A DNA stretch of 64,000 nt from Eledone cirrhosa (Eukaryota). A program made the translations under genes and the position numbers. Location of the stretch: the NCBI GenBank assembly GCA_964016885.1, contig OZ024742.1, positions 365,924,001 to 365,988,000 of the forward strand, read 5' to 3'. The notes beneath the pieces were generated by a model. It saw nothing but the letters and a program-made list of their open reading frames with translations, was not told the origin of the DNA and did no database searches. This document shows, piece by piece, positions 52,401 through 64,000 of this stretch; positions within the stretch are counted from its first letter, which is position 1; every line of letters begins with the position of its first letter.

Positions 52401-55400
52401 TAGAGAGTAATAACAGAGGAGAGCATTTAAGCAGAGATTTATAGAGAGTTATAACAGAGTAGAGCATTACAGAAGAGAATTATAGAGAGTTATAACAGAG
52501 CAGATCATTACAGCAGAGAGTTATAGAGAGTTATAAGAGAGCAGAGCATTACAGCAGAGAGTTATAGAGAGTTATAAAAAGCAGAGCATTACAGCAGAGA
52601 GTTATAGAACGTTATAGCAGAGGAGAGCATTACAGCAAAGAGTTATAGAGAGCTATAAAAGAGCAGATAATTACAGCAGAGATTTATAGAGAGTTATAAA
52701 AGAGCAGAGCATTACAGCAGAGAGTTATAGAGAGTTATAACAGAGCAGAGCATTACAGAAGTGAGTTATAGAGAGTTATAACAGGGCAGAGTATTACAGA
52801 GGAGAGTTATAGAGAGTTATACAGATTAGATCATTACAACAGGGAGTTATAGATAGTTATAACAGAGAGCATTACAGAAGAGAGTTATAGAGCGTTATAG
52901 CAGGGCAGAGTATTACAGCAGAGAGTTATAGAGAGTTATAACAGAGTAGAGCATTACAGCAGAGAGTTATAGAGAGTTATAACAGAGTAGAACCTTACAG
53001 CAGAGAGTTATAGAGAGTGATAACAGAGCAGAGCATTACAGAAGTGAGTTATAGAGAGTTATAACAGGGCAGCGGATTACAGAGGAGAGTTATAGAGAGT
53101 TATGAAAGAGCAGAGCATTACAGCAGTGAGTTATAGAGAGTTATAACACGGCAGAGCATTACAGCAGAGAGTTGTAGAGAGTTATAACAGAGTAGAGCAT
53201 TACAGCAGAGAGTTATAGAGAATGATAACAGAGTAGAGCATTACAGCAGAGAGTTATAGAGAGTTATAACAGAGCAGAGGATTACAGAAGAGAGTTATTA
53301 AGAGTTATAACAGGGCTGAGCATTGCAGCAGAGAGTTATAGAGAGTTATAACAGGGCAGAGCATTACAGCAGAGAGTTATAGAGAGTTATATCAGAGTAG
53401 AGCATTACAGCAGAGAGTTATAGAGAGTTATTAAAAAGTAGAGCTTTCCAGTAGAATGTTATTAAGAGTTATAACAGGGCAGAGCATTACAGCAGAGAGT
53501 TATAGAGAGTTATAACAGAGCAGAGGATTACAGAAGAGAGTTATAGAGAGTTATAACAGGGCAAAGCATTACAGCAGAGACTTATAAATAGTTATAACAG
53601 AACAGATAGGTATAGAGAGTTATAACATAGCAGACCATTACAGCAGAGAGTTATAGAGAGTTATGACAGAGTAGAGTATTACAGAAGAGGGTTATAGAGA
53701 GTTATAACAGAGTAGATCATTACAGCAGAGACTGATAGAGAGTTATAAAAGAGGAGAGCATTACAGCAGAGAGTTATAGAACGATATAGCAGAGGAGAGC
53801 ATTACAGCAAAGAGTTATAGAGAGTTATAAAAGAGCAGATCATTACAGCAGAGAGTTATAGACAGTTATAAAAGAGCAGAGCATTACATCTGAGAGTTAT
53901 AGAGAATTATAAAAAGCACAGCATTACAACAGAGAGTTATAGAGAGTTATAACAGGGAAGAACAATACAGAAGAGAGTTACAGAGAGTTATAACATGTGA
54001 GAGCATTACGGCAGAGAGTTTTAGAGAGTTATAACAGAGGAGAACATTACAGCAGAGATTTATAGAGAGTTATAACAGAGTAGAGCATTACCGCAGATAG
54101 TTATAGAGAGTTATAACAGGGCAGAGCATTACCGCAGAGAGTTATAGAGAGTGATAACAGAGCAAAGCATTACAGAAGAGAGTTATAGAGAGTTATAACA
54201 GGGCAAACCATTACACCAGAGAGTTATAGAGAGTTATAACAGATTAGATCATTACAACAGGGAGTTATAGATAGTTATAACAGAGAGCATTACAGAAGAG
54301 AGTTATGGAGCGTTATAGCAGGGGAGAGCATTACAGCAAAGAGTTATAGAGAGTTATAACAGAGCAGATCATTACAGCAGAGAGTTATAGACAGTTATAA
54401 AAGAACAGAGCATTACAGCAGAGAGTTATAGAGAGTTATGACAGGGAAGAGCATTACATAAGAGAGTTATAGAGAGTTATAACATAGGAGAGCATTACAG
54501 CAGAGAGTTTTAGAGAGTTATAACAGAGGAGAACATTACAGCAGAGAGTTATAGAGCGTTATAACAGAAAAGAGCATTTCAGCAGTGAGTTATAGAGAGT
54601 TATAACAGAGTAGAGCATTACAGAAGAGAGTTATAGAGAGTTATAACAGAGAAGAGCATTACAGAAGAGAGTTATAGAGAGGTATAGCAGAGGAGAGCAT
54701 TACAGCAAAGATTTATAGAGAGTTATAACAGAGTAGAGCATTACAGCAGAGAGTTATACAGAGCTATAGCAGAGTAGAGCTTTTCAGTAGTAGAGAGTTA
54801 TTAAGAGTTATAACAGGGCAGAGCATTACAGCAGAGAGTTATAGAGAGTTATAACAGAGCAGAGCATTACAGCAGAGAGTTATGGAGAATTATAACAGAG
54901 TAGAGCATTATAGCAGAGAGTTATAGAGAGTTATAGCAGAGTAGAGCATTACAGCAGAGATTTATAGAGAGTTATAAAAGAGCAGAGCATTGCCTCGGAG
55001 AGTTATAGAGAGTTATAATAGAGCAGAGCATTACAGCAGAGAGTTATAGAGAGTTATAACAGAGCAGAGACTTGCAGGAGAGAGTTTAGAGAGTTATAAC
55101 ACGGCAGAACATTACAGCAGAGAGTTATAGATAGTTATAACAGAGCAGAGCATTACAGAAGTGAGTTATAGAGAGTTATAACAGGGCAGAGATTTACAGA
55201 AGAGAGTTATAGAGAGTTATAACAGAACAGAACATTACAGCAGAGAGTTATAGACCGTTATAGCAGAGCAGAGCATTACAGAAGAGAGTTATAGTGCGTT
55301 ATATAAAAGCAGAGCATTACAGCAGAGAGTTATAGAGAGTTATAACAGGGAAGAGCATTACAGAAGAGAGTTATAGAGAGTTATAACATAGGAGAGCATT

Positions 55401-58400
55401 ACAGCAGAGAGGTTTAGAGAGTTATAACAGATGAGAACATTACAGCAGAGAGTTATAGAGCGTTATAACAGAAAAGGGCATTTCAGCAGTGAGTTATATA
55501 GAGTTATAACAGAGGAGAGCATTACAGCAAAGTGTTATAGAGCGTTATAGCAGGGGAGAGCATTACATCAGAGAGTTATAGAGTGTTATAATAGAGTAGA
55601 GCATTACCGCAGAGAGTTATAGAGAGTTATAACAGGGCAGATCATTACAGCAGAGAGTTTTAGAGAGTGATAACAGAGCAGAGCATTACAGAAGAGAGTT
55701 ATAGAGAGTTATAACAGGGCAGAGCAGTACAGCAGGGTATTATAGAGAGTTATATCAGAGTAGAGCATTACAGCAGAGAGTTATAGAGAGTTATTACAGA
55801 GTAGATCTTTTCAGTAGAAAGTTATTAAGAGTTATAACAGGGCAGAGCATTACAGCAGAGAGTTATAGAGAGTTATAACAGAGAAGAGGATTACAGAAGA
55901 GAGTTATAGAGAGTTATAACAGGGCAAAGCATTACAGCAGAGACTTTTAAATAGTTATAACAGAACAGAGATTTATAGAGAGTTATAACATAGCAGACCA
56001 TTACAGCAGAGAGTTATAGAGAGTGATAACAGAGTAGAGCATTACAGCAGAGAGTTATGGAGAGTTATGACAGAGTAGTGCATTACAGCAGAGAGTTATA
56101 GAAAGTTATAACAGAGGGGAGCAGTACAGCAGAGAGTTATAGAGAGTTATAACAGGGCAGAGCATTACAGAAGAGAGTTTTTATAGAGTTATAACATAGG
56201 AGAGCATTACAGCAGAGAGTTATAGAGAGTTATAACAGAGCAGAGCATTACAGCAGAGAGTTATAGAGGGTGATAACAGGGCAGAGCATTACAGAAGAGA
56301 GTTTTTATAGAGTTATAACATAGGAGAGCATTACAGCAGAGAGTTATAGAGAGTTATAACAGAGGAGAACATTAGAGCAGAAAGTTATAGAGAGTTATAA
56401 CATTACAGCAGAGAGTTGTAGAGAGTTATAACAGGGCAAAGCATTACAGAAGAGAGTTATATAGAGTTATAACATAGGAGAGCATTACAGCAGAGAGTTA
56501 TAGAGAGTTATAACAGAGGAGAATATTACAGCAGAGAGTTATAGAGCGTTATAACAGAAAAATGCATTTCAGCAATGAGTTATAGAGAGTTATAACAGAG
56601 GAGAGCATTACAGCAAAGTGTTATAGAGAGTGATAAAAGAGCAGAGCATTACAGAAGAGAGTTATAGAGAGTTATAACAGGGCACACCATTACACCAGAG
56701 AGTTATAGAGAGTTATAACAGAACAGAACATTACAGCAGAGAGTTATAGAGAGTTATAACAGAGTGGAGCATTACAGAAGAGAGTTATAAAGAGTTATAA
56801 AAGAGCAGAGGATTACAGAAGAGAGTTATAGAGAGTTATAACAAAAAAGAGCATTACAGCAGAGAGTTATAGAGAGTTATAAAAGAGCAGAGGATTACAG
56901 AAGAGAGTTATACAGAGTTATAACAGAGTAGAGTACTACAGAAGGGAGTTATAGAGAGTTATAGCAGTGGAGAGCATTAGAGCAGAGAGTTATAGAGAGT
57001 TACAACAGAGTAGAGCACTACAGCAGAGAGTCATATAGAGTTATAACAGAGCAGAGCATTGCAGGAGAGAGTTTAGAGAGTTATAACAGGGCAGAACAAT
57101 ACAGCAGACAGTTAGTGAGAGTTATAAACAGAGCAAGGCATTACAGCAGAGAGATATAGAGAGTTATAAAAGATCAGAGCATTACAGACGTGAGTTATAG
57201 AGAGTTATAACAGAGGAGAGCATTACAACACAGAGTTATAGAGAGTTATAACAGAGCAGATAATAACAGCAGAGAGTTATACAGAGTTATAAAAGTGCAG
57301 AGCATTACAGCAGAAAGTATAGAGAGTTATAAAAGAGCAGAGCTTTACAGAAGAGAGTTATAGAGCGCTATAGCAGAGCAGAGCATTACAGAAGAGAGTT
57401 ATGGAGAGTTATAGCAGAGGAGAGCATTACAGAAGAGAGTTATACAGAGTTATAAAAGAGCAGGGCATTACAGCAGAGAGTTATAGAGAGTTATAAAAGA
57501 GCAGAGCATTACAGCAGAGAGTTATAAAAGAGCAGAGCATTACAGCAGAGAGTTATAGATCGTTATAGAAGAGCAGAGCATTACAGTAGAGAGTTATAGA
57601 CAGTTATATAAGAGCAGAGCATTACAGTAGAGAGTTATAGATAGTTATAACAGTGACCATTACAGCAGAGAGTTATAGAGCGCTATAGCCGAGCAGAGCT
57701 TTACAGCTGAGAGTAATAGAGAGTTATAACAGAGCAGAGCATTACCACAGAAAGTTGTAAAGAGTTATAACAGGGCAGAGCATTACACCAGGGAGTTATA
57801 GAGAGTTATAACAGAGGAGAGCATTACCGAAGAGAGTTAAAGTGAGTTATAACAGGGCAGCGCATTACAGAAGAGAGTTATAGAGAGTTATGAAAGAGCA
57901 GAGCATTACAGCAGTGAGTTATATCACGTTATAGCAGAGCAGAGCTTTACAGCAGAGAATTATAGAGAGTTATAACACGGCAGAGCATTACAGCAGAGAG
58001 TTGTAGAGAGTTATAGAGAGTTATAACAGGGAAAACATTACAGCAGAGAGTTATAGAGAGTTATAACAGAGGAGAGCATTATAGCATAGAGTTATAGAGA
58101 GTTATAACAGAACAGAGCATTTCAGCAGTGAGTTATAGAGAGTTATAACAGAGGTGAGCATCATGGCAGAGAGTTATAGAGAGTTATAACAGAGCAGAGC
58201 ATTACAGCAGAGAGTTATAGAGAGTTATAGCAGAGTAGAGCATTACAGCAGAGAGTTATAGAGAGTTATGGCAGACTAGATTATTACAGCAAAGAGTTAT
58301 AGAGAGTTATAGCAGAGTAGAGCATTACAGCAGAGAGTTATAGAGAGTTATAATAGAGCAGAGCATTACAGCAGAGAGTTATAGAGAATTATAAAAGAGC

Positions 58401-61400
58401 AGAGCATTACCTCAGAGAGTTATAGAGAGTTATAACACGACAGAACATTACAGCAGATAGTTATAGAGAGTTATAACAGAGCAGAGCATTACAGCAGAGA
58501 GTTATAGAGAGTTATAACAGGGCAGCGCATTACCGCAGAGAGTTATAGAGAGTTATAACAGGGCAGAGCATTACAGCAGAGAGTTATAGAGAGTTATAAC
58601 AGAGGAGAATATTACAGCAGAGAGCTATAGAGAGTTATAACAGAGCAGAGCATTACAGCAGAGAGTTATAGAGAGTTATACCAGAGGAGAATATTACAGC
58701 AGAGAGCTATAGAGCGTTATAACAGAGCAGAGCATTACCTCAGAGAGTTATAGAGAGTTATAATAGAGCAGAGCATTACAGCAGAGAGTTATTGAGAGTT
58801 ATAACAGAGCAGAGCCTTGCAGGAGAGAGTTTAGAGAGTTATAACACGGCAGAACATTACAGCAGGTAGTTATAGAGAGTTACAACAGAGCAGAGCATTA
58901 CAGCAGAGAGTTATAGAGAGTTATAACAGGGCAGCGCATTACCGCAGAGAGTTATAGAGAGTTATAACAGGGCAGAGCATTACAGCAGAGAGTTATAGAG
59001 AGTTATAACAGAGGAGAATATTACAGCAGAGAGCTATAGAAAGTTATAACAGAGCAGAGCATTACAGCAGAGAGTTATAGAGAGTTATAACAGAGGAGAA
59101 TATTACAGCAGAGAGCTATAGAGAGTTATAACAGAGCAGAGCATTACCTCAGAGAGTTATAGAGAGTTATAATAGAGCAGAGCATTACAGAAGAGATTTA
59201 TCCAGAGATATAACAGAGCAGAGCACTAGAGAAGAGAGTTGTAGAAAGTATATACAGGGCTGAGCATTACAGAAGTGAGTTATAGAGAGTTATAACAGAG
59301 TAGTGCATTACAACAGAGAGTTATATAGAGTTATAGCAGATGAGAGCATTACAGCAGAGAGTTATAGAGATTTATAACATAGGAGAGCTTTACAGCAGAG
59401 AGTTATAGAGAGTTATAACAGATTAGATCATTACCACAGAGAGTTATAGAGCTTTATAGCAGAGCAGAGCATCACAGACGAGAGTTATAGAGAGTTATAA
59501 CAGAGGCGAGCATTACAGCAGAGAGTTAAGAGAGTTATAACAGAGCAGAGCATTACAGCAGAGAGTTATTGAGAGTTATAAAAGAGCAGAGCATTATAGC
59601 TGAGAGTTATAGAGAGTTATAACAGGAGAATATTACAGCAGAGAGTTATAGAGAGTTATAAGAGAGCAGAACATTACAGAAGCTAGTTATAGAGCGTTAT
59701 AGCAGAAGAGAGTATTACGCCAGGGAGTTATAGAGAGTTATAACAGAGTAGAGCATTACAGCAGAGAGATATAAAGAGTTATAACATAGGAGAGCATTAC
59801 AGCAGTGAGATATAGAGAGTTATAACATGGCAGAGCACTACAGAAAAGAGTTATAGAAAGTTATAACAAATGAGTGCATTTCAGCAGAGAGTTATAGAGA
59901 GTTATAACAGAGCAGAGCATTACACCAGGGAGTTATAGAAAGTTATTACAGAGCAGAGTATTACAGCAGAGAGTTATAGAGCGTTGTAGCAGAGGAGAGC
60001 ATTACAGGAAAGAGTTATAGAGAGTTATAAAAGAGCAGAGCATTACAGAAGAGAGTTATAGAGAGTTATAACAGAGCAGAGCATTACAGAAGCGAGTTAT
60101 AGACAGTTCTAATAGGGCAGAGCATTACTGCAGAGAGTTATAAAGAGTTATAACAGAGGAGAGCATTACAGCAGAGAGTTATAGAGAGGTATAAATGAGC
60201 AGAACATTACAGCAGAGAGTTATAGAGAGTTATAAGAAAGAAGAGCATTACAGCAGAGAGTTATAGATAGTTATAAAAGAGCAGAGGATTACAGAAGAGA
60301 GTTATACAGAGTTATATCAGAGTAGAGTACTACAGAAGAGAGTTATAGAGAGTTATAATAGAGCAGAGCATTACATCAGAGAGTTATATAGAGTCATAGC
60401 AGATGAGATCATTAGAGCATAGAGTTATAGAGAGTTATAACAGAGTGGAGCATTACATCAGAGAGTCATAGAGAGTTATAACAGAGCAGAGCATTGCAGG
60501 AGAGAGTTTAGAGAGTTATAAAAGGGCAGAACAATACAGCAGACAGTTAGTGAGAGTTATAAACAGAGCAAGGCATTACAGCAGGGAGATATAGAGAGTT
60601 ATAACAGAGCAGAGCATTACAGACGTGAGTTATAGAGAGTTATACCAGAGGAGAGCATTACAACACAGAGTTATAGAGAGTTATAACAGAGCAGAGAATT
60701 ACAGCAGAGAGTTATAGAGAGTTATAAAAGAGCAGAGCATTACAGCAGAATGTATAGAGCGTTATAAAAGGGCAGAGCATTACAGCAGAGAGTTATAGAG
60801 AGTTATAACAGAGCAGAGGATTACAGAAGAGAGTTATAGAGAGTTATAACAGGGCAAAGCATTACAGCAGAGACTTATAAATAGTTATAACAGAACAGAT
60901 AGGTATAGAGAGTTATAACATAGCAGACCATTACAGCAGAGAGTTATAGAGAGTTATGACAGAGTAGAGTATTACAGAAGAGGGTTATAGAGAGTTATAA
61001 CAGAGTAGATCATTACAGCAGAGACTGATAGAGAGTTATAAAAGAGGAGAGCATTACAGCAGAGAGTTATAGAACGATATAGCAGAGGAGAGCATTACAG
61101 CAAAGAGTTATAGAGAGTTATAAAAGAGCAGATCATTACAGCAGAGAGTTATAGACAGTTATAAAAGAGCAGAGCATTACATCTGAGAGTTATAGAGAAT
61201 TATAAAAAGCACAGCATTACAACAGAGAGTTATAGAGAGTTATAACAGGGAAGAACAATACAGAAGAGAGTTACAGAGAGTTATAACATGTGAGAGCATT
61301 ACGGCAGAGAGTTTTAGAGAGTTATAACAGAGGAGAACATTACAGCAGAGATTTATAGAGAGTTATAACAGAGTAGAGCATTACCGCAGATAGTTATAGA

Positions 61401-64000
61401 GAGTTATAACAGGGCAGAGCATTACCGCAGAGAGTTATAGAGAGTGATAACAGAGCAAAGCATTACAGAAGAGAGTTATAGAGAGTTATAACAGGGCAAA
61501 CCATTACACCAGAGAGTTATAGAGAGTTATAACAGATTAGATCATTACAACAGGGAGTTATAGATAGTTATAACAGAGAGCATTACAGAAGAGAGTTATG
61601 GAGCGTTATAGCAGGGGAGAGCATTACAGCAAAGAGTTATAGAGAGTTATAACAGAGCAGATCATTACAGCAGAGAGTTATAGACAGTTATAAAAGAACA
61701 GAGCATTACAGCAGAGAGTTATAGAGAGTTATGACAGGGAAGAGCATTACATAAGAGAGTTATAGAGAGTTATAACATAGGAGAGCATTACAGCAGAGAG
61801 TTTTAGAGAGTTATAACAGAGGAGAACATTACAGCAGAGAGTTATAGAGCGTTATAACAGAAAAGAGCATTTCAGCAGTGAGTTATAGAGAGTTATAACA
61901 GAGTAGAGCATTACAGAAGAGAGTTATAGAGAGTTATAACAGAGAAGAGCATTACAGAAGAGAGTTATAGAGAGGTATAGCAGAGGAGAGCATTACAGCA
62001 AAGATTTATAGAGAGTTATAACAGAGTAGAGCATTACAGCAGAGAGTTATACAGAGCTATAGCAGAGTAGAGCTTTTCAGTAGTAGAGAGTTATTAAGAG
62101 TTATAACAGGGCAGAGCATTACAGCAGAGAGTTATAGAGAGTTATAACAGAGCAGAGCATTACAGCAGAGAGTTATGGAGAATTATAACAGAGTAGAGCA
62201 TTATAGCAGAGAGTTATAGAGAGTTATAGCAGAGTAGAGCATTACAGCAGAGATTTATAGAGAGTTATAAAAGAGCAGAGCATTGCCTCGGAGAGTTATA
62301 GAGAGTTATAATAGAGCAGAGCATTACAGCAGAGAGTTATAGAGAGTTATAACAGAGCAGAGACTTGCAGGAGAGAGTTTAGAGAGTTATAACACGGCAG
62401 AACATTACAGCAGAGAGTTATAGATAGTTATAACAGAGCAGAGCATTACAGAAGTGAGTTATAGAGAGTTATAACAGGGCAGAGATTTACAGAAGAGAGT
62501 TATAGAGAGTTATAACAGAACAGAACATTACAGCAGAGAGTTATAGACCGTTATAGCAGAGCAGAGCATTACAGAAGAGAGTTATAGTGCGTTATATAAA
62601 AGCAGAGCATTACAGCAGAGAGTTATAGAGAGTTATAACAGGGAAGAGCATTACAGAAGAGAGTTATAGAGAGTTATAACATAGGAGAGCATTACAGCAG
62701 AGAGGTTTAGAGAGTTATAACAGATGAGAACATTACAGCAGAGAGTTATAGAGCGTTATAACAGAAAAGGGCATTTCAGCAGTGAGTTATATAGAGTTAT
62801 AACAGAGGAGAGCATTACAGCAAAGTGTTATAGAGCGTTATAGCAGGGGAGAGCATTACATCAGAGAGTTATAGAGTGTTATAATAGAGTAGAGCATTAC
62901 CGCAGAGAGTTATAGAGAGTTATAACAGGGCAGATCATTACAGCAGAGAGTTTTAGAGAGTGATAACAGAGCAGAGCATTACAGAAGAGAGTTATAGAGA
63001 GTTATAACAGGGCAGAGCAGTACAGCAGGGTATTATAGAGAGTTATATCAGAGTAGAGCATTACAGCAGAGAGTTATAGAGAGTTATTACAGAGTAGATC
63101 TTTTCAGTAGAAAGTTATTAAGAGTTATAACAGGGCAGAGCATTACAGCAGAGAGTTATAGAGAGTTATAACAGAGAAGAGGATTACAGAAGAGAGTTAT
63201 AGAGAGTTATAACAGGGCAAAGCATTACAGCAGAGACTTTTAAATAGTTATAACAGAACAGAGATTTATAGAGAGTTATAACATAGCAGACCATTACAGC
63301 AGAGAGTTATAGAGAGTGATAACAGAGTAGAGCATTACAGCAGAGAGTTATGGAGAGTTATGACAGAGTAGTGCATTACAGCAGAGAGTTATAGAAAGTT
63401 ATAACAGAGGGGAGCAGTACAGCAGAGAGTTATAGAGAGTTATAACAGGGCAGAGCATTACAGAAGAGAGTTTTTATAGAGTTATAACATAGGAGAGCAT
63501 TACAGCAGAGAGTTATAGAGAGTTATAACAGAGCAGAGCATTACAGCAGAGAGTTATAGAGGGTGATAACAGGGCAGAGCATTACAGAAGAGAGTTTTTA
63601 TAGAGTTATAACATAGGAGAGCATTACAGCAGAGAGTTATAGAGAGTTATAACAGAGGAGAACATTAGAGCAGAAAGTTATAGAGAGTTATAACATTACA
63701 GCAGAGAGTTGTAGAGAGTTATAACAGGGCAAAGCATTACAGAAGAGAGTTATATAGAGTTATAACATAGGAGAGCATTACAGCAGAGAGTTATAGAGAG
63801 TTATAACAGAGGAGAATATTACAGCAGAGAGTTATAGAGCGTTATAACAGAAAAATGCATTTCAGCAATGAGTTATAGAGAGTTATAACAGAGGAGAGCA
63901 TTACAGCAAAGTGTTATAGAGAGTGATAAAAGAGCAGAGCATTACAGAAGAGAGTTATAGAGAGTTATAACAGGGCACACCATTACACCAGAGAGTTATA
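28441..64000. repeat. Satellite array, 41-bp monomer with a 31-bp variant, >35 kb, runs off the window
   Basis: Consensus AGAGAGTTAT-AGAGAGTTAT-AACAGAG(G/C/T)AG-AGCATTACAGC; roughly 870-900 units estimated from length. Confidence 0.99.

Noticed and set aside
28441-64000. Satellite as coding, telomeric or CRISPR sequence
   Set aside because: Stops recur in every unit and the ORF track is empty here; there are no TTAGGG runs and no unique spacers.

Overview
AT-rich eukaryotic repeat DNA with no supportable host gene. The SINE motifs and (TA)n density suggest an octopod cephalopod (inference). Bases 1-28,440 are a transposon and microsatellite field. It holds a near full-length RTE-group LINE with a twin-priming-type 5' inversion (7640-11137, 11-bp TSD), a non-autonomous partner sharing its 5' UTR, a decayed Penelope-like element (PLE; RT + GIY-YIG), an internally deleted mariner with ~105-bp TIRs, tRNA-derived SINEs, two minisatellites and many fold-back repeats. 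The least expected signal is a cluster of type I hammerhead ribozyme (HHR) motifs from several unrelated small elements, mostly with the compensated U3:A8 core. One (15605-15699) has a complete core and an extended helix I and sits in a 319-nt terminally redundant, retrozyme-like unit. Bases 28,441-64,000 are a 41/31-bp satellite with two separate ~7-kb higher-order duplications. Nearly all short ORFs in the track are microsatellite artefacts. All folds and alignments were done by eye; no searches were run.
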